This document shows, one piece after another, positions 13,082 to 24,886 of a DNA stretch of 64,000 bases. Position numbers and translations under genes: made by a program. Location of the stretch: positions 1-64,000 of the forward strand of contig NIVC01002955.1 in assembly GCA_002269645.1 (NCBI GenBank), in the 5' to 3' direction. How positions within the stretch are numbered: position 1 is the first letter of the stretch; every line of letters begins with the position of its first letter. Source of the DNA: Macrostomum lignano. Its lineage: Eukaryota. Under the pieces are notes generated by a model. That model made no database searches. It was not told the origin of the DNA and saw only the letters and a list, made by a program, of their open reading frames with translations.

Positions 13082-13752
13082 TTAAATTAAAGCCCTGCCT
13101 TCCTCATTAGCAGCCACAGCAGATTCTGACTCATCCCTGCCTCGCTGGTTGCCAATAGCAACATTCTCAACCGGCTTATCCAACAGCACATTATCATGTT
13201 TTTTCTTTCTCCTAGGTGGGGGCGGTCGCAGTACCATTGTTGAAGAAGACTCGATATTCGAAGCTCCGGCACTATGAACAGCTCTTGTACCAGATACAGT
13301 TGATTGTTTGAACTTTGAATTAGTCGTCGACAATGTCATATTATTCAAATTTTCAGTAGTATTATTAACGCCCGTTCGAGTTGTTTGATTTCCAACAATA
13401 TTAACCGTCGAAGGCTGAGTAGCATTAACCAACAATAACTTAGTAGTAATATTAGTAGGACTAATGGTTTTTGACATTGCTTCTAGAGCATCAATTCGTT
13501 TCTGCAGCAATTTCTCGCTAGCTAGAGCTCTTTCCAGTTGCTTGTGCAGAAGCACCAGTGCGTCGCTGTCATTAGCCACTCGTTCCTGTTGTCTTTTCTT
13601 TAATTCGTTATTCTCTCGCTCTAGGCCAGTTCTCAGCTCAGTCAGCTGTTTAACTTGGCTCTCCAAATCTACTACTCGTTCATTGGACTGGCGTACTTGA
13701 TCGCTGGAGTCCGATAGAGACTTTTTAGCGGCCGAACGGGATGCGTCTAGCG
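13082..13752 (-). CDS. Terminal coding exon of a GOLIM4-like type II Golgi membrane protein (coiled coil plus Thr/Asn-rich luminal region)
   Basis: Acceptor atttgcag ends at 13753; phase-1 exon reading (A)LDASRSAAKK...ESQVKQLTELRTGLERENNELKK..., with many N-x-T sequons and a stop at 13082. Its phase matches the exon at 39247-39412. Confidence 0.75.
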
Positions 13753-13807
13753 CTGCAAATTGGATAAATGATAATTTACCTATTAACTATCTACTGTTCA
13801 AGTTAGC

Positions 13808-14836
13808 AATCTGAATATCTACGGACTGAGGCTTTCTAAGAATGTAAATATCTAGGGACTAGGACTTTCTAGGAATCCAAAAATCTAGGGAATATGGCTT
13901 TCTAAGAATCCGAATATCTAGGGACTAGGACTTTCTAGGAATCCAAATATCTAGGGACTGGGACTTCCTAGAAATCCAAATATCTACGGAATATGGCTTT
14001 CTAAGAATCCGAATATCTAGGGACTAGGACTTTCTAAGAATCTAAATATCTAGGGACCCTGAGGATTTCTAAGAATGTAAATATCTAGGGACTGGGATTT
14101 CTAGGAATCTCAATATTTACGGACTGGGACTTTCTAGGAATCTAAATATCTAGGGGCTAGGACTTTCTAGGAATCCAAATATCTAGGGACTAGGACTTTC
14201 TAGGAATCCAAATATCTACGGAATATGGCTTTCTAAGAATCCGAATATCTAGGGAATGGTGCTTTCTAAGAAACTAAATATCTAGGGAATGAGGCTTTCT
14301 AAGAACGTAAATATCTAGGGACTGGGATTTCTAGGAATCTCAATATCTACGGGCTGGGACTTTTTAGGAATCTAAATTTCTAGGGACTGGGACTTTCTAA
14401 GAATCTGAATATCTAGGGACTGGGGCTTTCTAAGAATCTGAATATCTTGGGACTGGGACTTTCTAAGAATCTGAATATCTAGGGACTGGGGCTTTCTAAG
14501 AATCTGAATATCTAGGGACTGGGACTTTCTAAGAATCTGAATATCTTGGGACTGGGACTTTCTAAGAATCTGAATATCTAGGGACTGGGGCTTTCTAAGA
14601 ATCTGAATATCTAGAAACTTGGGCTTTCTAAGAATCTGAATATCTAGGGACTGGGACTTTCTAAGAATCTGAATATCTAGGGACTGGGACTTTCTAAGAA
14701 TCTGAATATCTTGGGACTGGGACTTTCTAAGAATCTGAATATCTAGAAACTTGGGCTTTCTAAGAATCTAAATATCTAGGAAATGGCTCTTTCTAGGATT
14801 CTGAATATCCAGCGACTGGGATTCTAAGAGTCTAAA
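13808..14836. repeat. 33-bp minisatellite, ~31 copies
   Basis: Unit GAATCTGAATATCTAGGGACTGGGACTTTCTAA; degenerate at the left end and homogeneous at the right. Confidence 0.95.
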
Positions 14837-15652
14837 TGTATATAAGGCCTGCATAATCAATTTGTTGTTGTAGGTGATATATTTATACATATTCATGGTC
14901 ACTGATACACAAACAATACAGTACACATGCAAGGTTAAAAAATATAATTTCACCTGTTTGCAAATCAGTTGCACGTTTCTTTTCATTCTCAAACTTTATT
15001 CCCCACTGCTGTTTTCGTTCGGTACATTCTAAAAAAATTGAAACATTTTTTATTAATAAAAAAGTAATTGTTAATTTACTATAATATGCAACTTATGATT
15101 ATTATAGCCTCTAGTTGTAGTATAGTTTTAGTTAAGATAAAGTCCAATTTTAAATAGGATTAAAACAATGTCGATTTAGGATAAAAATCCTAGCTATTAT
15201 TGCTTTTACTGAGATCCCTAAAATGTTAAACAGCCTAATTTGAATATAAAAATAGGTCTTTTTAAAGTATTTACACCATATATATTTTGAATATATCCAA
15301 GTTGATAAGTTGATTATGGACAAATTTTGCGACTGTCCTTGGGCTTTTTTTAGTCATGGAATAGCAAACATGCACTGGGAACTGTACTTGCTTGAACAAT
15401 AAGGCAAGTTCAATGAAATAATTATAAATACATACACTTTGCAGAAATACAAAATACAAATACATACACAGAGTGCCCTTTTCCAGATTCTGTGATTTTT
15501 GCCTCAGATTAGTTGATGATTGCTTGATTGCTTGATGCTTGATTGCTTGATGATTAGCCTGGTGCCAATTAGCTTTGGGGCATTTAAGTTGTGAAGTAGC
15601 ATAGTTGGTGCACCCACTTTTAACTGAAGAGATATTTCCAGCGGCTCTAGAG

Positions 15653-15972
15653 CAGGGATTAGCAAACTTTTTTTCCTCAAGGGCCAGATGACAATACAGC
15701 TTATGGTTGTGTGTCTGATGAGAGTGGAAAGTAGAGGTAATAGAAGATGAGAGATGAGAGATGGATGAAAGAAAAGATAGAAGAAAAAAGGAGAGAAGAG
15801 TGGAGAGAAGAGAAGGGGTAGAGAAGGTGGGGGAGATGGGAGAGGGGAGAGAGGAAGAGAAGAAATGAGAGAAGAAGGAAGAGAGGAGAGAGGAGAGAGG
15901 AGTGAGGAATGAGAAGAGGGGATAGAGAGAAGAGAAAGAAAGTGGTCTCTAGGCCAGAGTTTGCAAACCCTG
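15653..15972. mobile_element. hAT (Charlie-like) MITE, 320 bp
   Basis: TIRs CAGGGATTAGCAAAC / GTTTGCAAACCCTG; 8-bp TSD CTCTAGAG / CTTTAGAG (NTCTAGAN type); GA-rich interior. Confidence 0.8.
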
Positions 15973-16221
15973 CTTTAGAGCTTAGAACTCAACAGGAAAT
16001 TGTTGGCACCAGCTGCTAGTGTCAATGATCTTGTCTATGGTTAAAGCTTCACTTTTCTGGATTCGCTCCCCTTTTGTCACACTTGCACTCAACCTGGTCT
16101 GTGCAGAGCTACCTGTGTTGTCTGCTATCTCTGTGCTGTGACAATGTGACGTTACTGCAGCACCGAAATGACCTGATAATATGGCATTCTTAGAAGGAAT
16201 TTAAGTACAAGGTATCACTAG

Positions 16222-16491
16222 TATAAGCTGACTAATGCATACAACGATATATGCCGTGTAACAGGGCATAGCAGCACCGCCGTGGAGAAGTACATTGGAG
16301 TGTCCGTAAACCAACAGAGAATGATCAGCGAGACGCTCAGGATGACGTCTGGAGTAGCGACAACAACACCTGTGCCTACAGCTCCGCCTGATGCCGTCTC
16401 AACGTCTGCTGTTGACACTGCGACCCCCAAAAAGAAGATGCGACTAGAAATTTGCGGTGAGACTAACAGAATCAGCATCCACTTTGATTGA
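16222..16491 (+). pseudogene. C-terminal fragment of a Crypton-type (DUF3504/KCTD1-ZMYM-like) tyrosine recombinase
   Basis: The open frame reads DICRVTGHSSTAVEKYIGVSVNQQRMISETL, matching the YR catalytic end pattern I-x-x-x-TGH-x-S-x(4-5)-Y-x(3)-S-x-x-QQ-x-x-x-S-x-x-L. It is followed by a Thr/Pro linker and ISIHFD-stop; upstream coding sequence is decayed. Confidence 0.7.
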
Positions 16492-16663
16492 TCATTAATT
16501 AATTAATTTAATTAACTTCGTTTTACAACAATAAGCGTTTATATACATTTCAATGATATCTAATTAGACTTAATCTCCGTTTTTGTTCAAAACATTGCTT
16601 GTTAAATCGTTTGCTGCTTGTTCATTTGTAACTCAAAATACAGGTCTATGTCAAAAGTTGCAT

Positions 16664-16839
16664 CATTTATCTGGCCCAGCCAAATAAATGAATGGCTCTT
16701 TTCTATTGGTTTAGCCATTTATTTGGCTGGGCCAGATAAATGAATGGCTCTTTTCTATTGGTTTAGCCATTTATTTGGCTGGGCAAGATAAATGATTCTT
16801 GCTTTCCTATTGGTGGAGCCATTTATTTGGCCCGGCCCA
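16664..16839. repeat. Perfect 27-bp inverted repeat embedded in 52-bp direct repeats
   Basis: CATTTATCTGGCCCAGCCAAATAAATG (16664-16690) is the exact reverse complement of 16716-16742. The spacer-plus-arm unit recurs at 16743-16794 and again in degenerate form. Confidence 0.9.
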
Positions 16840-17441
16840 AGTGGGGGATAAATTTTCAAGAGCCTTTAAGTCCAACAGATGAAAAATCTACCATTGAACC
16901 ATTTCATTCAAATTTCTTTAAAGATCAATTGGGATACAACAAAAGTCAAAGCTTATTATGTACAGCTTTCTAAAAAAGTATTCAAGACCATTTGAAAGCT
17001 ACTTTGGACTTTTGAATTAAAATCAAAAGAACCATTCAAGTGTCTACTCAGCAGCTTATTTTCAAAGTGTCAAGATTTGCTACTTAACAGCAGAATATAA
17101 TTCCCCCCTAAGTGTTTTTCCTAGATATAGTAGTAAGACAAGTTTAGACAACAGAGCTTAGTGATCTAAAAACTAAGAAGCAAGAAGTTCAATCAGTTGA
17201 TAGATCATTTAACAATATTAACAATTTGGAAGAGCAACAGTGGAACAAAGATTACCATTGCTAGCTTTACTTCCTAATTACCAGGTTTTTATGTCAGGCT
17301 GGTAGCCATAGAAGGCCTTAGCAGTCTAGTAATAATATACCTAATAAGGATGATTCTGTGACACAATGCATAATAAAATTTAGAAATTACATGTACGCTA
17401 GACATATTTTTAGAATTTTCCAGAAAAAATTTTGGTGCAAT

Positions 17442-17941
17442 TGTGGTAGGCCGGTCTACCACTTGGAGGATGACAGCAGTCGTTGATGCAAACAAGGCAA
17501 CTCTCCACCTGATGAACGATTGACGTCATTAATTTTCATCTGCTGATGATGGAAGTACTGACGGGGGCGCAGACGCCGCGAATAGGCCGCGAGGCCCCTA
17601 TCGAAACCCCAAGGTAAAATAGCACAAGGATTAAGCCTGGGGGTGCGCCCAGTCCCCTGTGCGCCCAATCTGTTGATGATTGATCCCTTGTCTGTTCTCC
17701 CGGCTGTCCCGTCCGTTGTTGCCCTGTTTGCTCCATTTGCTGCCCCATACCTTGTCCGTTTTGTTTTACTGTGTCCCACGGCTGGCTTTTTCCCTTTTCC
17801 TTTGGGTGCCCTTTTCACTGTTCCTTTCGGTGCCCCACCCTCTAGGATTAGTCATGCCCAATACTATTTATGTCTGTGTAACCAATTTTGCTCTCATTCT
17901 ACTCCTTGGTTGTGTTGCATTCCGTTTTAGTTTGTTCTTTT
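17442..17941 (+). mobile_element. Left half of an older solo LTR (same family as the 17942-29595 element), split by that insertion
   Basis: Starts TGTGGTAGG..CTACCAC, paralleling the young LTR start TGTGGCAGG..TGCCAC. The left flank CAAT matches the CAAT after 30261 (4-bp TSD). Confidence 0.7.
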
Positions 17942-18936
17942 TGTGGCAGGTGGGTTGCCACTAAAACTTTAATACGTCTAATAACAATGATAATAACAAT
18001 TTTAATTTAATTCGACTCCCAATTCCCGGACATTTTTCCTTGTTACTTTTCCCACGGTTGTGTCTCCTTTTTCCCGGTGTTGTTTTGAGTTCTCCTATGG
18101 TTGTCCCTTCGGTTTGCCCCGCCGTTGGAATGTGTTTTCCTTTTGTTGATATTTCCCAATTTTGCTACCTTATGTGCTGCGATTTTTTGGTCTATCCGGT
18201 TGCCCACGGGCTCGCCCACTCTGTTGTCCTGTCATCCGTCCCAACCCCCGCCCTGGGATTGAATTTAATGTCTTTTCTTATTTAAGTTTCGGTTTCTGCC
18301 GCGATGTTTTTTACTTCTTCCTTCGCTCTCTCCTTGTTTAGTTTTAGTTAATTTTATTCATTGCGCTGTCTCGGCATCCGTCGTCGCCCCCCCCCCATTT
18401 TTTTCGTTCGCAACAAAATATATTTCCAACGCCTGCTAACAAAACGTTTTAATGAATTATAATTAATAAACAAATAACGCCGACGAATTAAATTATTAAC
18501 TACTCTTTATCCGTTGATTTAAGCCATAGCCTATCTTGAATCCTTTGCCCGTGGGGCAAAAATAACCGAAGTCTCATCTCAAAGAAAGCTCTGAGACCAT
18601 TAGACGTTCCGTAATACGTGAATTACGGTGGTGGCAGCAACTACCCTACTAAAAGTAACAAGTTCAACTCATCGACGCATTAATTTACGGAGTCAGAATC
18701 TCCTGTGTTTCTACAACTGAACGACCGTGCCGCTCTACGACCGCTCCGCTACGATTACAACTAACCTCCCCCCGGACTTGAGAACCCGGCTGTCGGAGTA
18801 AAAGGAGAAGAAATTCGTTGGGATTCACCTGCGCGATCTTTCCGGCTTAATTCGTGCGAACACAACGCTAACCGGTTTCGAAGAAAACCCGAACAACCCC
18901 ACTTCAAATTTTAAATTCTTCTCCACCCCCACCTCA
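17942..18936 (+). repeat. 5' LTR (995 bp)
   Basis: TGTGGCAGGTGGG...CCCCCACCTCA; direct repeat of 28602-29595. Confidence 0.96.
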
Positions 18937-18937
18937 C

Positions 18938-18957
18938 TGGTGTCAGCTAAGTGGGAT
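18938..18957 (+). promoter_or_regulatory. Primer-binding site, tRNA-Leu type with a 2-nt insertion
   Basis: TGGTGTCAG-CT-AAGTGGGAT lies one base after the LTR end. TGGTGTCAGAAGTGGGAT is the complement of a common eukaryotic tRNA-Leu 3' end. Confidence 0.75.
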
Positions 18958-19003
18958 AACGAGACGCCAAAACCCATTCGACGAGTCGTTCAGAATCTAC
19001 GTT

Positions 19004-20382
19004 ATGGCTTCAACTACTAATTCAACGGCCGCGGATGCGACAACCGACGCCGCAGGCCCCGACAACACCGCGACGAGACCGACGTACGACGAGATGATTC
19101 GAGCAGTGACCGACGAGGTGCGCCGGCGCTTGGAGCAGACCAGCCTGGGTCAGCCGCAACACCATCATCATGTGTACCAGCAGCCCCAGCAGCAGGATCG
19201 AGCTCCGGCGCCGAAACCGGTCAAGATTCAGCGGTACACGCCCAACCAGGAATTCGACGTCTGGATCAAGGCTCTCGAGGAGCGATGCGAGCTCAACGGG
19301 ATCGTTGACGACAGACGAAAGAAGGCGGAGGACATCGCCACCACCTACCCCGCAGTCGTTAGGATGGAGTTGCCGGATAATCTGGCGTTTGGTGAGTTCA
19401 AACAGCGATTATCTGAACGCTTTACGCATGTTGCCGACACGCTGGAGTACCGGGAGCAGTTCTGAAGCTGCCAGCAGGGCAAGAACGAGAGTGTGGATGA
19501 CTACGGCGACCGACTAATTGCTCTTGCCGATCGAGCGTTTCCGCATTTTACCCCGGTTCAGAAGCAGGCTGAACTGGTGGATCAGTTCACTGTGGGAGTC
19601 CGGATTGCTCAGTCGGCGAGAGAACAGCTAATCCATGGTGCGACCGCAGAATCTGACCGCAGCGAGAAGGGCTGTGCTACGCCTAGAAACAGCAGCTAGC
19701 CTGGCTCAGCGTGTAGCACCGCCGCCAGCAGCGAGACACGTCCGGGTCCTGGAGAATGACGACAGTCAGACGCCCACTGGGGTGCAACACGACGCCAAGT
19801 CATCTCGGCCAGAGGAAAACTGGTTGCGCGAGGTGATGGAACAACAAGCCGAGACTCTGCAAGAGCAGCGACGTCTACTTGAGACTTTAAGTAGCGAGAT
19901 GCGAGAGTTCTACTCGCGGGGATCGCGCGATAACGACACCCCGGAGCCATGGGAACCTAGCCATCAGCCACGGGACTCGTGGGGCCAGCGCTCCAGATGC
20001 TTGGTACCCCCGACTCCTCGTCGCAGCGCCGATGGAAGCGCCCCAATTTACGACACCCGGCACACGAATGGTGCCGCAGCAACCGTTCTATCGACTTCAG
20101 AAACCACGAGACGGCAGCAACCCGCCGCCGAGAACGCCGCCAGCAGGAGGTCAACGTCAGCAGCAGCAGCAGCTGCAGCAACGGTCGAGTTCGAGGCCGC
20201 CGCCCTATCAACAGCGGCGGCAGAATGCAATGTGCTGCAGGTGCAACCGCGAGCATCGCGCTGACGAATGCCCGCACCGACGGTCGGCCAGCACCGCGCC
20301 CCAGCGCAACAGCAGCTCGGGAAACGGGACGGCTGGACGCGCCATCGGGGGCAGCGCCATCCAGCAGCCGAGCCAGCACTAA
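19004..20382 (+). pseudogene. gag: Gypsy gag (disrupted)
   Basis: ATG at 19004; capsid-like FDVWIKALEERCELNG and EQF*SCQQGKNESVDDYGDRLIALADRAFP; zinc knuckle CCRCNREHRADECPH. One in-frame TGA (19463) and at least two frameshifts (~19633 and ~19950-20030). Confidence 0.88.
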
Positions 20383-23300
20383 AGTCCCCGCCGCGGACTT
20401 TAGTCGCTCAGCAGGCTACTGCTGAGACCGCCTCCGCCGCACCTGTACAGACATTTGCACCCAAGCGACCTCGGAGAGACCCCTTTCTAACTGGTGAGAT
20501 TCAGGGCCGCTATTTTGCTTTCTTGCTTGACACCGGGTCCAAGTGCGAAGTCCTTGGATTCAGCACCTGGCACCGCCTATGTACTGACGACCCGACCCTG
20601 CGTGGCCAAATTGAGCCCTGCCTGCAGCCCATTGTAACCTACAATGGCGAACCTATTAAGATGGCAGGCCAGCTTTCTATTAAAGTTAAAATTGGCAATT
20701 TCGAGCCAACTGTCAAGTTTCTGCTAGCGAAGGGATCGCATGACAACATCTTGGGCTTCGAGTTCCTGGAGAAGTACGGCACCTCACTGGATCTCACAGC
20801 CGGGATGCTGTTCTTCAAGGACGGCACCGCCGCACCACTTCGCTACACGCGAACTGAAGCTACCACGTGCAGAATTTACACGGCCGAGAGCACAACCGTG
20901 CCGCCGCTGTCATCAGCCCGAATCAAAATTAAGCTAGCTAAAGGACGTGAAGAAAACCAGGGTACACCCGCTGTGATCGAGCCGCTGAAACCGGCTCGGC
21001 GCGAAGAAGATGTGCAGCACCTGGACGCCGCGCCTGCCCTAATCTCCATGGCTAACGGAGAAGGCGCTATCGAGATGATCAATCGAGGCACCACGGCCAT
21101 CAAAGTGCGAGCGAATGTCCTAGTTGGGATTGCAAGACCAATCAGACTGCCCGAGCTACAATTTTTTCCGCTGAAATCAGAAGATTCTGTCAATCAAGTC
21201 CAAGACGAGGATCCCGATGCTTGGATTAAGGAGATCGATATCAGCGAGGATCTGTCCGGTGACCAGCGCGCTCAAGTCATCGAGCTATTGAAGAAGTACA
21301 AGACCATCTTCTCTCAGGGGCCACACGACCTCGGCCGAACTCATCTGGTCACCCACAGTATTGTACTAAAGGACACGAATCCTGTGCAGCTACAGACTCG
21401 CCGGATCCCGCCGCATCTGCTGCCCAAAGTGGATCAGCTACTCGATGACCTGCTGGCCAAAGGCGTGATCCGACCGAGTTTCTCCAGCTACAACACCCCG
21501 CTGGTGATCATCCCGAAGAAGGACGGTAGCCTGCGAATTGTACAAGATTTTCGGAGTCTGAATCAGAAGTGCGAGTACTTTCCGTACCCGATTCCTAACA
21601 TCCAAGAAGCATTCTCCAGCCTCGAAGGAAGCCAACTATTCAGCACATTTGATCTGAACAGCGGCTATTATCAGATTCCTCTGCGTCCAGAAGACCAAGA
21701 CCTGACAGCCTTTGCTACGCTGCACCGCGGACAATTCGCCTACAACGTTATGCCAATGGGATTAAGTTCGGCGCCAGCCAGCTTCATGCGCCTCATGAAT
21801 GCTGTGCTCAACGGGATCGCCTACAAAAGTGCTATCGCCTATCTGGATGATGTAATAGTCTATTCTAAGAAATTTAATGACCATCTACAGTATATGGAAG
21901 AAGTATTCAAACGAGTCCAAAAAGCCAACCTAAAGTTCAAAGGCAAGAAGTGCCATCTATTTCGGGCAAGTCTAAACTACCTGGGACATGTGGTGACAAA
22001 AGACGGAATCAGGACCGACCCAGCGAAGATTGAGGCAATTCAAACCTGGCCAAGACCAAGGACAGCCCGACAGCTTAAAAGTTTTGTCTGCACGTGCGCT
22101 TACTATGCTAAATTCGTACCTGGCTATGCAGAACTTGCTGCTCCGCTCCACGATTTAATCAAAGAGAAGAAAATCCGAAATTTCAATTGTCTATGGGGAA
22201 AAGCCCAGCAAGACGCGTTCGATCAGCTCAAGGCAGCAATGACTTCGACATCAGTGCTCGCGTATCGGCAGTTCAGCGAGGATCCTAATGTAATGTTTAT
22301 CCTGGACACGGATGCTTCTGCGACCAGAATCGGAGCCTGCCTGAGCCAACGCCAAGCTGATGGAGTTGAGCAACCAATTGGCTATTTCTCCCGGCGACTC
22401 AAACCGACCGAAGCCCGGTATCCGATCACTAAACAGGAACTCTTGGCAGTCGTAGATGGGATGCGACATTTCTGATTCTACCTTCTGGCCAAGAAGTTCA
22501 TCTGCCGAACCGATCATGCCGCATTAACCTGGATCTTAAGGCAAACTCAGCAAGAAGGAATCTTTGGAAGATGGCTACAGCGCCTCAGTGAATTCGAGTT
22601 CGAGATCCAACACCGAAAGTCTAGTCAGCATCAGAACGCCGACGGTCTCTCAAGACGGCCTGAGGACGACGCTGAATGCATGGAGGAGGCCCAGCGTGAG
22701 GCCGCAGTCGAGGACCAAAGTAAGCAGCCAGCCGCGATAACTGGCGCAGCGGCGCCGAAGGTCCACGACAGCAGCCACCCTAGTCCTCCACCGAGCAAGA
22801 AGCGACCGACCCGCCGTCACCGACGAAAGCCGCCGACGCAGTCAACAGAGTCCAACGGCGAGACGACGCCACCCGCAACACCGACAGCCGACAGCAAGCC
22901 GCTGACAGAGCTGCATCCGCCGGTGACGGAGGTCGGTGACGCTGACAGAGGTCGCCTACCAGCTTTAGCAGCACGACATGTTGCCCGACAAGGAGCCGCC
23001 GTCTACTAGCTGAAGGCGACAAGGACAGCGACCACAGCGCAGCGCGAGATGACCGCTGCCGGCCCGCTCGCTGCCCTAAGTTCAAGAAGAAGGTGAGATT
23101 CAGCAGCGACGCCGACAGCTCTGCTGACTCATCAACATCCGCTGACGACTCCAATTCCGACAACAGTGACGCCGAAACTACCGACGAAGATCGGCCTTCA
23201 AATTCATCAACAGCCCGGCAACCGGTCAGAGTAGCGATCATGCGGAGGGAGCTCCAGACCCCGAACCATGCCGCCACAGCCGAAGCCGCGCCGACAAATT

Positions 23301-24886
23301 CTACCGACAGACGCCGAACTTTAAACTTAACTGATCACATCCCGAGACCAGTCACCCGCGAGGAGCTCCAGACCCATCAGCGTGCTGACTCCGCCATCGC
23401 GATGATGATCAACTTAATCGAAAGTCGACAACCGAAACCGCCGCTGAATCAGCGCTTAAACCTGTCAAGAGACGAGCGAAACCTATTAGCGTTCTATGAA
23501 CAATTGGAAGTCCGAGACGATGGACTTTTAGTCATCCATCTCGATGATATTGGCGAGGAGGACAAAGCGAGGATCGTCTTGCCGAAGATTCTCGATGCCA
23601 CCGTGTTCGCCGACCTTTATGGTTCGCCCTACTGCGGACACATGGGCCGAGATCTCCCTATCGCGAAGGTGCGTGAAAGATTCTGGCGACCGGCCCTGGC
23701 CAAGGCCGTGTCCGACTACGTCGCTTCCTGCCAGACCTGCACCCAGAGCAAAGGACGGCGACGCATCCCGGCACATGTACAATCGTTTCTGGTCTGCGAA
23801 ATCTATGGGCGATGCGCAATCGACATCATGGGCCCTACTGGCGACCCGACAGACCGAGGCAATAAGTACATCCTCACCTATGTCGACACGACGTCGAAGT
23901 ACCCTTTCGCCTTCGCCATGAAAAATCAGCGCGCTAAGACGATAATAACTCTCCTGCAAGAACAAGTCTTCCCGATCACCGGAATCCCCGCTTGGATCCA
24001 TTCGGATCAAGGCAAGCAGTTCACAGGACATGAGTTTCGACATTTCTGCGAAGTTTATGGCATTCGACAAACAACGACGCCGCCATACTCGCCCTGGGCC
24101 AATGGACAAGCTGAATCGTGCAACAAAAACATTAAGAAGGTGCTCACTTGTCTCCTAGAAGACCATCAGCAATGGGACAAGATGCTGCCAGCCGCTTTGA
24201 CAGCCCTGCGATCAGCTGTCAACCGTACGACGGGATTCTCGCCGCATTACGTCATCTACAGAGTGCCCTATCGGTACCCCATCGATAACACCCTAGACCG
24301 CCTGGACGTATCACCGGACCTCCCCGAGTACATTGCAAAGCATCAGCGCAGACTGGCCGAGACCGAGAGGATTGTGCGACAGCGATTGCGAGCTGAGATC
24401 CAGCGCCGCGAAGAGTATTACGAGAACCGACCCAAGCCCGTGGAACTGCAGCCCGGAGACCTGGTCTGCCTGGCCAACCCGAAGCTCGAGTTGGGCGAGC
24501 TGCCAAAGTTTCACCGGCCGTACAAGAGTATGTACAAGGTCAACAGAAAAGTCGGCGAAGTAGCCTATTGGATCCAGCCAGCAACAGCCCGACGTGGACG
24601 CCCAGCCGAAATGTTAGTACATCGCAACAACATAATCAAGGTGCCGCAGATGATGGCAGACCGACCGCAGGAGCCGCCGCACCAAACTGAGCGGCCAATG
24701 TTGCCCTTCGAGTCGAGTGACGAAAGCGAAGTCGACCCCGCCGATCAGCCCGCGCCAGAGCAGCCAGCCGCAGCCTCGCCTGAGCTGCGCGGCAGTCAGC
24801 TGTTCGAACCGAGCCTCCGCCATCCGGGAGTACTGCCTGAAGGCGACCCGGATCTGCCCGACATCGGTAGGGAGATCGAGGTTTAA
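20268..24886 (+). pseudogene. pol: Gypsy pol (protease, RT, RNase H, long linker, integrase), disrupted
   Basis: LLDTGS protease; RT motifs FDLNSGYYQ, MPMGL and YLDD; RNase H motifs LDTDAS, QELLAVV, TDH and NADGLSR; integrase GHMG..CQTC, AIDIMGP, HSDQG and a GPY/F-like RPYKSMYKV. TGA at 22473 and frame breaks at ~22950-23010. Confidence 0.93.
20319..20378 (+). promoter_or_regulatory. -1 programmed ribosomal frameshift signal (slippery heptamer plus downstream stem)
   Basis: G GGA AAC is in X XXY YYZ register in the gag frame, pol overlaps in the -1 frame, and a GC-rich inverted repeat (CGGCTGGA...TCCAGCAGCCG) starts ~5 nt downstream. Confidence 0.75.

Noticed and set aside
17540-17615. CUGAUGA...GAAA as another hammerhead (also checked 15714 and 50354)
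   Set aside because: No consistent stems I-III or NUH cleavage site.
17666-17675. Alternative old-LTR start at 17671 with a 5-bp CAATC duplication
   Set aside because: The start at 17442 is preferred: it shares the family terminal motif and hairpin and gives a 4-bp TSD like the young element.
17456-17818. Basic 120-aa minus-strand ORF (MKRAPKGKGKK...) resembling a viral capsid N-terminus
   Set aside because: It lies within the pyrimidine-rich old solo LTR, whose composition forces Lys/Arg/Gly codons on the opposite strand.
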